DNA of 64,000 nt, taken from the NCBI GenBank assembly GCA_905178155.1, contig CAJINV010000003.1, positions 2,769,715-2,833,714 on the forward strand. Reading direction: 5' to 3'. Shown here piece by piece: positions 51,572-64,000 of the stretch (positions within the stretch are counted from its first letter, which is position 1; each line of letters opens with the position of its first letter). The DNA comes from Amoebophrya sp. A120. Its lineage: Eukaryota > Protista > Dinoflagellata. The notes below the pieces were generated by a model that did no database searches, was not told where the DNA came from, and saw only the letters and a list, made by a program, of their open reading frames with translations. Both the position numbers and the translations under genes were made by a program.

Positions 51572-54500
51572 TCATCCCATTTTCAGAGCGATGGTCCCCT
51601 GGAACTTTTTCACCTTTTTCAGCTTGACGCATGCGATCTGCTTTCCCTCCAGGTCCCCGTCGGACTCCACAAGGTTCACTATGTCCGCGGACTCCACTGC
51701 CTTGGCGTCGGCGTGTAAACCGAGCGTGATGTGAAACGGATCGGTGTCGTACTTTTTGGCACAAGGAAGAATCAGGTCGTCCCCCAGACTCGCCGTGGCG
51801 CACACCAGACGGTCGGTCACGATCAGCTTTTCGACGTGCACTTCCACCTTGTCGCCGTCCATTGCGAGCAGGGCTTCATGCAATCCCTCCAGGGTCTGTG
51901 AATTGATTCATCATGAAAAAAGATTGGTAATGTTCTTGCCTGCTCGACGCGGCAAGATTGATCCGGGTTCTTGCGGAGATTTCGTGGGCGGACCTTTGCC
52001 CTCAACTTCATCTGCTACAACGAGGATAACAATCACGAAGCTGCAGAAACAAGACACACACCAATTCTAATTCTAGTTCTTCTAATTCATGACAACGAGT
52101 AGTACGTGCACAGAGACGCCGGCGTTTGCGGCCTCTTCCTCCTCTGTGTCGGCTTTTCCGAAGTAGACCAGGGTTATGTGCGGCTCCTCCACCATCTTCA
52201 TACTCGCGGGGAGCTTGCCCTCGATCATGCCCTTGATTTTGTCGTCCACCCGGATTTCCCAATAGAGCCGCTTCGCCAGGCCCCCCTTCTCTGCCTCCTC
52301 GCGCTCCTTAGCGAGTCGAAGTTGCTCCTTTCGGTCCGCGTCCCACTTGTCCCAGCAGGGCCGGCAGAGCCGTGTCTCGGGAACCTGGTTGTAAGTAGTA
52401 GTTGGAATTTGCAACATCACGCACTACTACTTGTCAGCGCCAGCGCCACCCCACATGCCTTTTCTTCGATTTGCAAAAAACTGCAGAGAGCTGGCTTCAT
52501 CTACAAGTTCTTACACCAGGGTGCTAGCGCTGCTACCAGCTGGTCAGGGCATTAGCGCACCAGTCGCGAAAGCACTGAAAGAGGAATAGCCAGTAGTTCG
52601 TCATTGATTGGGGCAAGAAAGAATTCCTTCTGCGAACTACTAAAAAGTTAAACTTTTGCTTAAGTACGTCATCCACAAATCTTCTGCCCTTCGCAGTGGC
52701 TTCGGCCATTTTGTCCTGCTTGACAATGGCTGTGATGTTAGTGAGGGGAACATCCTCAGCCTTGCAGTGAGCGCACAGTTCTGAGTCAGAGACTCCGCGC
52801 CAGGCCCGCTCTCGCTTATTTGCTTGCTCCAGTGCGTCTTGCAGGCGAAGCTTGACCTGCCGAGAGGTCAGCGTTTTCGATTTACTAGATGTTGTCCCAG
52901 CGGCGGAAGGGGCGGCCGCAGCGCCGGGATCTTTGTTTTCGTCCGGATCTTTCTTGTTGTCTCCGTCCTCTTTCTTTTCTTCCGTCTCCACTGTGGTGTT
53001 CGGAGGTCCCTCGCCGGACTGATTCTTGGAGGCAGCTGCATCGTCGTTGCCTGCTGGCGTACTTGCGTCTGCTGCCGCTGCAGAAGCCGCGGACGACGAC
53101 GGCCCTGCTGCCGCTGCATGTGGCTGCGCTTCTTCTTGTTCTTCTTTTTCTCCTGTTTCCTTTGGGGCCTCATCTTCCTCCCCGGGGCGAGAGGGGGCGA
53201 GTAGGGCGGGCCCGTCAGGCAGGAAGGAGCGCAGGGCGGCGACAATCTCCATGCACTGACCGATAGGTGTGTACTCGACGGGAACGGGCACATACCGGCC
53301 GTACCGCTCTCGCTCGGAAATGGACAAGAACTCGGCGCCGTGCGCCTGCTGTTCCACGATCGCGCTCGCCTTCGCTTTGCGATCGTCCAACCCACCGCTT
53401 CCCGGTACGGTGTGCGTGTGCAGGTGGTGCGCCCCGCCTCGCTTGAGAACGCGATCCGCGCAAAGCTGGATGTGTGCCGCGCTGTAGGGGCCGCGATAGA
53501 GCCGGTCGCCGTCGCCAGTTTGTGTCACCGGGTCGTCCGTGTGGACGAGATCCACAAACAAAACCTGTTGTAAAAAGCAGAGAGAGTCAGTGCCAGACAT
53601 TCTCGGAGCGAATTATATGAAAATGTGGTCTACTGTTGTTGAGCGAATACTCGCTCGGTATGCTTTCGAGCGAAGCTGAAGAAGGACAAAGATGTGTATA
53701 AGCTTTAAGAAAGAGAAGAACAAATACCTTGCCCGGCAAACTGCTTTCGCTCTTTTCCTTTTCGAGGATCACTATGGAAGGCAAATTGGCGATGATCATC
53801 ATCCTCTGCAGTGGTTAGCAGCCCCAAGAAAGTTCTGTACTGTATCATATCAAAACCAAGGGCGCCACAGAACCTCAAAGCGAAATGCAAGCATAGATAT
53901 GCGTCTTTATCACGTCGAGAGGTGACGTATCTTGTTTGTCTAACGGGATCAACCAGAAAGAGCAGAATTTCAATGTTCTTTTCCTGCGGCGCAACAGTGC
54001 AGAGAGAATCATGATCGAGATTTTCGTTTTGGATAAATTCGGCTTCCAGCATGTCTTCTGTTATGTCCCGGGCCTCTTTCGTTTTATGTATGTCATTATA
54101 CACAGAAAATCGCGTGTCAGGGTCGGTGGCGGACGAAACATCTTACAAACTTCATGAACTTGTTGTATGTGTCATCTATTGTACTGATCCAACTTTATTA
54201 ATGCATCCATTTCTTGAACATTATCTGTGCTGTCGCTGCTGGACGGCCGACTCCACCTGACAAATTGATTTTCTTTGCATAGTGGTCAATGAAGCAGAAG
54301 CGCTTGCTGTCGTCTTTGAGAAGGGAGCCCAGCTCCGTCACCCAGGAGTCGTCTAGTGAAGACCCGCTCTTGTTTTGCACCATCGTTTTGGCGGCCTGTT
54401 TCTGCACGTAACTGCCGTAGGAGAGCGACTTTCCCCCGAACACCTTTTGCAGCAGCGCGCAAATGGTACTTTTGCCGGAGCCCGGAAGCCCCCGCAGCAC

Positions 54501-56100
54501 CACGGCGACCCGGCACTCGGTCTTGGGGTCGTAATCGCGATCAAAACCGCCTCGGCCGCTCCGGTTTTTCTTAGAGAAGAGAGAGTTCATCTCCACGGCT
54601 GCCCCTGGAGGCCTTCTCTGCGATTTTTGTGTGCCGGAGTTGTCTCCAGCCTGATTCATGTAGGGATTCTCGGTCTGCAGATTTCTGTTGCGGTTGGATC
54701 GGTCCCCGGACCCGCGCGTGTTGTGGCCCTGAGCACCGCCCGCCTGCTTAGCGAGGTCAGAAAACAGCACGGGCATTTTTTTGTCGCCACCCGGAAGAAC
54801 GCCCGAGCGAGGCGTGGCCCCCTTGCCGGACGGTGTGCGTTCTTGCCTATTAACATCGGCGCCAGCTGCACCTCCTCGGTTTCGCGATCTCCGGCCGTCC
54901 CGCGATCTTTTTCTGCGGTCGCGTGGCGAGCGTCTTCTTCGCGAGGAGTCGTGCTTCCGATGCTGCTGCTGGTCGCGGCCTTCGCCACGGCCGGTAGTTC
55001 GAGATGACGCTGCTGCGCCGGTACCGCTGATATTTATGGCGATTTTCTTCTCCCCCCGGTTCGGAAGAGGTACCAGTCTCGAAGTTCCCGGCTGCTGACC
55101 ACTACCACTAGACGTCGCGGCGCCGGTGCGCTGCGTTGGCCTGCTATGATCTTGGTTTATTTCCGCACGGGCTGCTCCTGCTGCTGCTAAAAGTGACGAT
55201 TCGGCCGCGGTGCCGGGAGCGAGAACCGGACTCGTCTGTGGTGTGATTTTGGGAGTTCTACTCTTGGAAAACTGCGAGCTAGTAGCGCCAATGTCTTCAA
55301 ATCTCAGGGCAACTCTTTTTAATGGAGTGCACCAGGCTTGTTTTACTACCTTCTTATTATCGCCCCCTGCCGACGCCAGCTCGTCACGCGACCCTTTCTC
55401 TCCCACGCGCGTTTTCACCTGATTACTACTGCCACCGAGCGTATCCAAAGCAAAAAGTCCAAACGCCCAAGGAGTCAAACAGCAACGCTGGTGCAAGCAA
55501 GCGAGCGCGAATAAGTGCTTTGAATTTGATGTTCAATGATACACGGGTGCATGGTCATCATGTTGATCGAAATGCAAATAATCACTTCGCTTCTTGTGAA
55601 AATATAAATAAGCATCACGATCTGTATACAATTTTATTAGCACCACCAATAATTCGTCGAGGTTTCCGTATTATGCAGATGCCGAAACTTGGTAGTCGAT
55701 GCAGAGTCTGAGATCATCCCAGCAGAGTCTGAGCCTCGAAAAAGTAGTTACTTACTGGTGTACGATTACGAAGATGCACGATGAAAGCGATTCAACTAGG
55801 ACTGATGCAAAACCACTCCGTGTGCGTTGCACTTTTTCCCAGTGGCGTAGCCGTCCTCACGTGGTCGGCGATCGAATCCGCCACCGCGGGCGTTGTTATC
55901 CCGTCCTCGCCCGCGATCGCGGCCACCACCGCGCCTGCGTGAATCGGACCCGCGTCTTCCTCCGCCACCTCCTCGCGGGCGCGGCGATCTTGATCGCGAT
56001 CGTCCTCCGCCCATCTTCCCGTCAGTTGAACGCGCAGAGGCACGAGTAGTCCCAAGTAGACTTTGTTTGCACAAATCTGTCGTGGTGTCTGTGCAGTGCT
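51572..56100 (-). CDS. P-loop polynucleotide kinase-like + 2H phosphoesterase (tRNA ligase healing-domain/CNPase-like) protein with an RS-rich N-terminus
   Basis: VVLRGLPGSGKST Walker A; CADRVLKR lid-like segment; Cys pairs; two HxT motifs, EPHITLVYF and PFHITLGL. The 5' extent is uncertain. Confidence 0.7.
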
Positions 56101-57699
56101 TTTCCTTTTGTACGGCAACCTCGACGTCCTCGATTGTGCTCCAAAGTCGTTACTTTGAAAGTCGTTACTTTGCGTGCCTCCTCAGTGCCTCCTTCGATAT
56201 AATCGATTGGGAAAACTACCGAAGTAACTCTGCTGAACTTTATTGCAGCAATCTGAGCCTCAGCCTGCACCAACTCACGCGATGCACTAACACCCTCGAA
56301 AGTCGGGTGGTCAAATGGTAGTTTTTGCTGTTCTCGACATCACTACCCACAACATTCCCTATCGTTGCCCTCGTCGTCAATGGTAGCTTCTTCTGTTGTT
56401 CCTTCGAAAAGAAACACCGCTTGATAAACCAGATCTATGATGATCTTGCTTGTTTCTCCACGACCACATGCGAACCAACTAATATACCATACGTTCACTT
56501 TTCTATGAATATATCGTGTACATCTAGTGGTGTAAAAACTCACACGAGGATTGGTGAAGCCGCGCTGCGAACTATAATTTTACAGATTCACCAGCAGAGA
56601 CATCAAGAAAGTCACTTGTTTCTATACTCCATATCAATATTTTCTTCTGGCTAAATTCAAGAAATCTCAAAGAGTGCAGCAATATGACCTACAAGAAGCT
56701 GCGTGAGAGATGCAGAACAGTATGAATCACTAAGAATTTGGACGTGGTGCTTTGGAGTACTTTTTGAAGTCAAGCAAACGAAGTCTTCGCGCTTAGCCAT
56801 CTATATCCTCACGTGTTCAAGTTAAGTTTGCCTGGATTTATGGACATTTTTCAGCATAGAAACATTTTGAAAATGAACGTATAAAAACCCGATGAAAACC
56901 CCGCCCACGTAGAACTGCCTCCAGGTCCGCAAAAGGAAATGCCTGCCACCGATTTCTTCGCACTCGCAAGGCATAGACCTACAATCCCGCTCGTACAATG
57001 ACAAAAAAATTCAAACGGATTCCATGACCATATGTAATTCTTTGGCAGCTCCTTTCGTCATCATTTCAAAAATGAAAAAATTGATTTATGCATGGATGAT
57101 CCGATTTGCGACGAAGTTGTGCAAGGAAAAAGTGATCAGCTCCACCGTGCAAGTGGCTTGTCGCCAGTCGTATTTTTGCACAGAACAAAGAACGCCTGGT
57201 CCAACCCTTTCCCGTGCCCCGAGCCAGAAAGCCATTGCGATATTCTCGTTGACGAAAAAAATCAATGGCCCGCCAGCAGCGAAAATCAAACACAAACGAT
57301 GTTGATGTTTGAAAAAAAAGCACAAGAAAAGGTCAAACACTGCCGAGCCCTCATGCCTGCGCTGGCCATGATATTTCGACCTTCATCCTCTTGATCGATA
57401 GATTTTTTCCCAGGCTGCATAATTTTCATCGCATTTCTTATCCCGGATGAACCTGTCACCTGTGTTGAAAACTGCTCGCGTTTGTTCGGCTTCTTGCGTA
57501 CTGCCCACACAAATCATCGCTACATGGTTTATTTATCAACCAAGCGCTTTCATCGACGTGGATTAGGATTTGCCTTCGTTGGTGATCATAGAACCGTTTC
57601 GACCGTTCCATGTGATCTTCGTGTCACATATTTTCATTCGTGTCAACGAACAGTATGCCCGTCCTACTGTTGTAGGCAGGTGATCGCGGCGGGCCTCGC

Positions 57700-60600
57700 G
57701 CTTTCTGATCCTCTGGCATCTTGATTTTCGTCAGTGCCAAGAGAAGCGTCCCGGTCGGGTGTTTCGGTAAGAGTAAGCACCTTGTTGCGCCCCACAAGGG
57801 CTTACCGTAGGGATCTATTCGATCCAGCATCGTAGGCGCGCCTTTTCCAGCAACTGGTGGCTGCGTGCAATACCAATATAGGACCCGAGACCACGGCGCT
57901 CATAGTCATTTACTCGCACATCGATCTGGTATTTGTATCTAGCTATCCCGAAGATCATGTTCATGGCGCCGATTCGATGTGCTCTAGTAGAGCGCGCGTT
58001 ACGTTGCACCCCTGCACAGCGCTGCGCACCAGCACGAAGCTCGCATCGGAATGCAGATCGTTCGCAATGTTGTTGTTGAGTAAACCGCTATCGGCGTTCC
58101 TTCTCGCGCGGGTTCGCGGCCCAAAGTCCTGACTTTTCGGATCATGTGCAGCATGTGCTTGCCCCGCGGGCGCGATGTGGTCGTGCTCGTTTCGTACAAC
58201 CGTCGCTGAAGCAGTGCCCCCACGAGCTCCTCGCTGGAAAGTGGAGGGAACCTGGATCGCCACGGGAGGCAGCAGGTGCGCCATGATGCGCTCACACGAG
58301 CCCAGCTCCCGCCGCATCTTTTGTTGCTGACTTTCCAGCACCGTGGTCATCACTCGCACCACGATTTTCCACGACCGCTCGTACAGAAAAATCTCCCAGA
58401 CACGCAGAACGGCGGCTTTCGACAGCATCGGCAGTTGCAGCAGGCAATTGCTCACATGATAATAGAACCACAACTCGGGAGCCACACCCTCTGCGAAGAA
58501 ATGACGAAACAGATCCAGGGCTTTTGCGCAAGTAACGGTCTGAAACTGCCGGCAAAGAATCACCTGAAAGAATGTGAATGTGAATGAAGATGCATTCTAT
58601 ATGTCTGCCTCTCCGTTGTACCATTTTTTGCTAGAAAAACCAAGATCATCCACAGACACGTGCTTACCGCCCTTTGCAAGCCGGTACTGGTCTTCATCAG
58701 GATTGGGTCCAACAGACCGGTCCTCTCCAAGCACCCGAGTGCGCGAGAAAAGCCCGCGACGGTGGCTAACTGCTCTCGTAAGTCTGCTTTCATGCAATCG
58801 TGCGTGACCGGTGACCTTCCGTAGCCGAGGCAGAGTAGCGCTGCCTGCTCTACGTGCTCTCCTGAAAAAGCAGTCTCAACATCCTGGTGATTTTTTGATG
58901 AACTACTCAAAGTCGCCCCTCGGCCTGCAGTGGGAATCGCCGAAGAGGCAAGCCAGTTCCAATATCGTTCTCGCAGACTGGCGTTGCTGATGTATTCCCC
59001 GTAGCGCACATGCCAGCTCCATAGACGCGGTTGCGTCGCTCTGTCTAGAGCCCTACGCCAGGACCGGCAAACACCGGCACCGCGAGCCAGAAACTCGATA
59101 GACCCCACAAAGCACATGACGCGACGCAAAACGGATGGGTGCTGAGTCAACGGATCGGATCGGGATACGCCAGAATCTGGTATTGGCGCGCCAGGCTCTA
59201 GCGCCGCTGTCGTGCTGGAAGTAGTAGTTGTCGAGTCGACGACTGCGGCGTCTGTAGAGGTTGGCGTGGTAGAAACGCTTTTTGACTTTTGTTCAAGAAC
59301 AGCGCCATGCTTGTTCGCGGCGCTCGAAATCGCCAAGGAAGGTGGCGACGCTTCGTGTTTATCTTCCCACGGTGCAGAAACCAACAGAACCTCTTCGCTC
59401 GTGCTCTTGCTGGACAAGAACTTCTTCTGTTTCTTCATCTGCTGCAGCGCCCGCTGTAGGGGCGGCTTGTCGGGCATAAGTGGCGGCAAACGCTCGCGGA
59501 GTTCTGCAACGACCAATTCAGTGAGCGCGCTGCGCCGGTATCAACTGTAAAAGTGTCTGGGTCTGGGAGATTCTGACCCTTGTGCTTGTCATGCACGTTC
59601 TGCATGAGCCCTGATGTCTGTGATGCATGCCCTAGCATCACAGACTTTTTGAGAGCCTCTTGATGCCTATTCCGCATGACAAATGCCCTCTCCGCGTAGC
59701 AAAAATTACATTCCTTTTGGTACTCACGCAATACAGATTTTTCTGGAATCCAAATGCAGCATCACAAGTTGCGTTCTTCCAGACCCAGACACTTTTGCAT
59801 TTCATAGCCGGTCCGCGATCGCGATTTTGCGGTACTCCTGGAGCTCCGCGGTCGCAACGCTGCGCGTCCCGCGACTTTGCCGCAGGGTCACGGCAGTCAA
59901 CCATTCATGAATCTGCTTCAGTTTCGCGGGCACCAGAAACACCGCATTGACGGGCCGCTGCTTGAGCAATCGCGCCAGCGTCTTGCTTTGCGTCTCGGCC
60001 TTGTAGTTCGCACTGTGGTGGTCCTCGAGCACGGTGGGCACCGAGGTTGTTAGATTGACTGCGACCAAACGCGAGCCGAGCTCCAGATCCAGCATACTCG
60101 AGGGCGGGTGCGTCGCGCGCAACGACCAACCGCCGATCGCAGGCGCAAGCCCGTTGGACGGGAGTGCGCGGTTGTTCTTGTCGCCGAATGTCCGGGCCAT
60201 CGGATTGCCGAGAAGCTGCGTGCTCCCACCACCCAAGAGCGGGGCAACTTGCTCCTGATAAGACGCGGCCGGCAGTGGTTCTGTGGCGACATACAGGTCG
60301 TGGTGTCCCTGCTGCGAGGCTTCGCCTTCTTCTGTGGTTCTCATACTATCCAGCGTCGCGCTTCCTGTTAGAGCCGTGGTCCCAACCACCTCCTCCATGT
60401 CCATGCCCAGTGTTCCGGGATCGCCGAACAGGCAGTCACGCAAGCCCCGCCTGGACCGCATCCAGCGAAGCGACCGCGCCCAGCGACGCCCGGGGACGTG
60501 TTGGCTCGTTTCGCACAACACGTCGAGCGCCGTGCGAGACGGTAGTATCGTCCAGCTCAACTCTTCGAACACAGCCGCAGGAGTACTACATATCAAGGCT

Positions 60601-62610
60601 GCACCTTCTTCGAAAACGTGATTATCTTCCTCTATTGTAGTTCCAGGTCGTGGTGATTCTGCGACCGCGATGCCGCTTTCGACGTCAACCAATTTCAGGG
60701 GTCCGGCCGCGTTGCCGTGCGTTTCCTCGGTTAGAAAAGGGCCGGAGCCTGCGTAGTACACCTCCCCGGTGAAGTCCGCAACGAGCTCCGCAACCGTGGA
60801 TTGCATGCGACGGGGCGAGGACGAACGTAACTGTTGCTGCTTCAGAACGTAGAATCGCTTCCGCTCGGCAATGAGCGAGGTGTTTTTGTGCAGCAAGAAC
60901 ATGCGCAAGCAGGGGGAAAAATCCATCATGTCTTGCCTCTTCCTCACGTGTAGACAGATGCCGCCGAGCTTCTCCGAGAACTGCTCCAAGCCCTGGATCG
61001 TGCTTTCTGCTACCTCGGGCGTCAGCAGCAGCACCGAAACGGACACGAAGAGCTCTTTATTCATTATCAGGTGTGCAGCCAGGGAGAGCTTCTGCTGGTC
61101 TAGGCAGCTGCCGCTCCGTTGCGTACTCACGATGAGCAGTATGGCGCGGTCTCCAGCTGATGTCTTCCTCACATCATTAGCTTCGACTGTGCCAATTTTT
61201 TCCATTTCGTTTTGAAAAAGAACAATGCGACTGCAAAAAAAACATGCACGAGCGAGCGGGAGGAACGATATGAAGATCACTTCGTCGCTTTTTTGCGTTT
61301 ATTTCTTAACCTGATCGCGATCAGTTTCAGTACCAGCAGATGACGGTAGTGCTTGCGTTTATCATTGTTCACTTATGAAAATGAATTGTGCTCTTTTTAG
61401 CTGATGAGTCTGAAGATTGTAACAGCTAGCTGCAGGCCATAGGTAAGCGCGACTCCCTGTTCTGTGGCGCCGAAGCTGCAGAAGTCGATGCAGTCCGAGC
61501 TCTGGTTTTACTCGAAACACTCCCGGATGTCGTGGCACTCTCAGGGCGTCCGTCTTCGTCTCTACCCATAGTGTGCCCCAAAACTTGAGTCCAAAGCGGC
61601 AACGGAATCGGAACCCCAGCTGCTGCATGGCTGTTTTTTGTTCCGGCTGCGGACGACGAGGACGACCCGTGCACAAGCTTGAAGGCGTGCTCCAGGGCTT
61701 CGGTTAGGCGCGATTCGAAGACGTCCGGATCGAACCGTGTCATTTCGAATTCATACACGTGCTTATAATCTCCTGGTCGCCCCCCCGGGCCCTCTGCTGT
61801 ATTTTTAATACCAGAGGACGACCACGACCCGCTACTGGCGCGCTGAAACAACTCTGGCGTGCACCCTGCAGTACTGCTAAGGAAGAACAGCACCTTGATC
61901 TCCCGAGGAACGTCTTGGGCATCTTCCTTTTGCAGAAAGCGCACGACGTCGCCAACCCAGTGAAGCCGGCACCCATATTTCTTCCGGAGAAATTGCTGAA
62001 ACAACGCACCGTCTTCGCCTGCCTGGTGATTAGTATTAGAGTTTCGAGATGAAGAGAGGAATTAATACGAAAGACTGAAGATGAGTGTAAACAGGCAAGT
62101 AAGTAGAGCTTTGCTATGTCCCTGTCTCTGCCGAGATTCACTGTAAGTACTACACCAGAGGGAGAAACGGAAAAGAAAAAGAGGACCTCAGCGAAGCCCA
62201 AAGTCATTGCGTGACCGTGACTTGGATTTGGATTTGCAGCAGAAGTGCGGCAAAAAAATCACGCAAAAGCACAACTTGCCACACAGATTATAATACCTCG
62301 GCCAGTAACTTCCCCGTGAGCTGCTTGAGTTTTGTTTGCGCTTGCTGCCTCGACCGGACGTATTGTTGCACCAGGTCTGCCTCTGCATTCACCGTGCGAG
62401 AAAGGACGAACGGCACCAGCTCCTTCTCCAGTTCGCGGATTGTGCATTCCGGCTTCAGCAGGTCCTGCGACAATTCGACAGCCAGAACGACGGCGTGGCC
62501 CCGCGGCTGACCGCTCGCACGGGACGATGACGACGACGAGGAGGAAGAAGAAGAACTTGGCGCATTCGCTGTGGTCTTCAATGAGGTGGACGTCATGTTC
62601 ATCTTCTGCA
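57700..62610 (-). CDS. F-box-like + Rab-GAP/TBC C-terminal-like protein
   Basis: HPSVLRRVMCFV...GVCRSWRR (F-box-like); LRERYW; LFRHFFAEGVAPELW...AVLRVWEIFLYERSWKIVVRV (TBC C-terminus). Multi-exon, with an introner at 59539-59806. Confidence 0.6.
59539..59806. mobile_element. MITE/introner family A (5-bp TSD GCCGG)
   Basis: TATCAACTGTAAAAGTGTCTGGGTCTGG ... CCAGACCCAGACACTTTTGCATTTCATA; GCCGG at 59534-59538 and 59807-59811. Confidence 0.92.
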
Positions 62611-63399
62611 TCTTCACTCCACTTGCATACTTAATTGCAGGAGGACACACTCTTAGCGAGCACAAGAAACCAAAATTGTCCTTATTCTAGCGTTTTCGAC
62701 TACATATCTTCTGCTTCGACATTCGACACACATTACAGCAAAATCATAGACACTACTTCGTACTCAAGTAGTAGCAATTCGGAGTCGATTCTTGATCCAC
62801 TGACTAAGTCTCTACAAGAGCCCCCTTGCCCTTTTTCCTTTTCTCGTCTCGACGAGCACGAGGGCAGGTATGAAAAAACCAGAATTCCCCATGTCTTTTG
62901 ATTGGAAGTTCTCGCGGGTTATGGCTTACCATCCTTCCACTTCATCCTCATCCACCTATCTTCAGCATGCCAAAGTCAGAGATTGCACTTGCAAACCTGA
63001 AGTAAGACCACTTAAGTTGATTTAAAAAAGCTGCTTATAATAGTTGATTTAAAAATCTAACGATTTGCAGTGGTGCCTGACCTTGGTCTGCTATCATAGC
63101 GGCTGATCAGCAGAAAAACAGAAGCAGCAACATCTTCGATTTTGTATGCTACGTCGTACTTTTGCAAAAATGAAACTTCAACTGCAGCTGAGCTCCTCAG
63201 CTGCGGGAAGAACTACAGCAACGATGCTTCTGGACGAATTGCAGCGACAGCGAACATCAAACAGAGGAGTTGTAGTCTGATTCCGCCTGGGGTGCAACTG
63301 CAGCAGCACAGGAACGAGCAGCGGCGGAAAAAATCATCAAGAAGCACTGGATGAAGATCTTTGTGATACTGATACTGAATGTTTCATCATCTGTTTCTC

Positions 63400-64000
63400 C
63401 ATTGCTCGGCAATATTCTCTCCGACGCAGCACTTCGTTCGTACCACGTAGGTACGCCGCCTCTACTGATTGTCTGAGAGGCCTAGCATCCTGCGCGTTTG
63501 GTAGAGCGTGTCCCAGTCATTGTCCGAGCAGATCCACCCCTCTCTCGATTCTCGCACTAAGAGATCGGTCAACAAGATGGGTAACTTCTCTCCGGGCACC
63601 GGAATTCGCCCAATGGACAGCAGCCGCAGCGTAATCCACAACACCTTCACCGCCCAAATTCTCCGTGTCATGTTAACCGCACGCGTGTCGCTGAGAGCAG
63701 AGTCCTTCATAAAGCTTGTCTGTACCACAGCACCTCCTGCTCCTGTTGCAGAGGGGGACCCAGGAGGCACTACTTGCGTGCTGGTACTATCGTGGTCCCG
63801 CGAGTTCAAAAGTCCTGGCACAGCTGCGCCTGCCGGCTGCAAAACACTGCTGATGATTTGTGCGGCCGCGGTGCCGGTGGTGTACTGCAGACATTCGACC
63901 ACAAGCCTGCCCAATCCGCAGTCCAGTGCCAGCACCGCCAAGGGCGGTTCGCGCACTGTGTTCCACAGCGCGTATAGCTGGAGTTGGAACAGGGATTCCA
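63400..64000 (-). CDS. Hypothetical protein, partial (continues beyond the window)
   Basis: ORF 63462..63956 with coding-like composition. Confidence 0.45.

Noticed and set aside
56800-57520. Possible additional exons or gene between the kinase and TBC genes
   Set aside because: Short ORFs without recognisable motifs; cannot be assigned without transcripts.

Overview
Eukaryotic, intron-containing genomic DNA, most consistent with a syndinian dinoflagellate such as Amoebophrya. This is inferred from the co-oriented genes, non-canonical TIR-bounded introns and a divergent TBP-like factor. The window has two compartments. (1) 1-10.6 kb: an array in which a conserved, partly palindromic 37-bp sequence (AACCTTGCACGAGGACGAGCTTAAAAATCTCCTCGCA) occurs 11 times in direct orientation, separating 0.65-1.7 kb heterogeneous 'cassettes'. 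These include an intron-retaining internal fragment of a cytosolic glutamyl-tRNA synthetase gene, other gene or TE-like fragments, hairpin-rich DNA, re-used cassettes and TpA-enriched decayed cassettes. It resembles an integron/CRISPR-style DNA-capture array in a eukaryote and is the main candidate novel system; no recombinase or Cas gene is visible in the window. (2) about 11.7-64 kb: a cluster of spliced genes, all recognisable ones on the minus strand. They include a coiled-coil protein, a Lys/Ser-rich protein, a fused flavoprotein-[2Fe-2S]-DAO oxidoreductase, a membrane protein, ATG18/WIPI, DnaJ-TPR, a TBP-like factor, DUF3431, a methyltransferase, a P-loop kinase + 2H phosphoesterase and an F-box/TBC protein. 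Several are interrupted by 210-270 bp TIR elements with 5-bp TSDs (introners). Gene boundaries are approximate.
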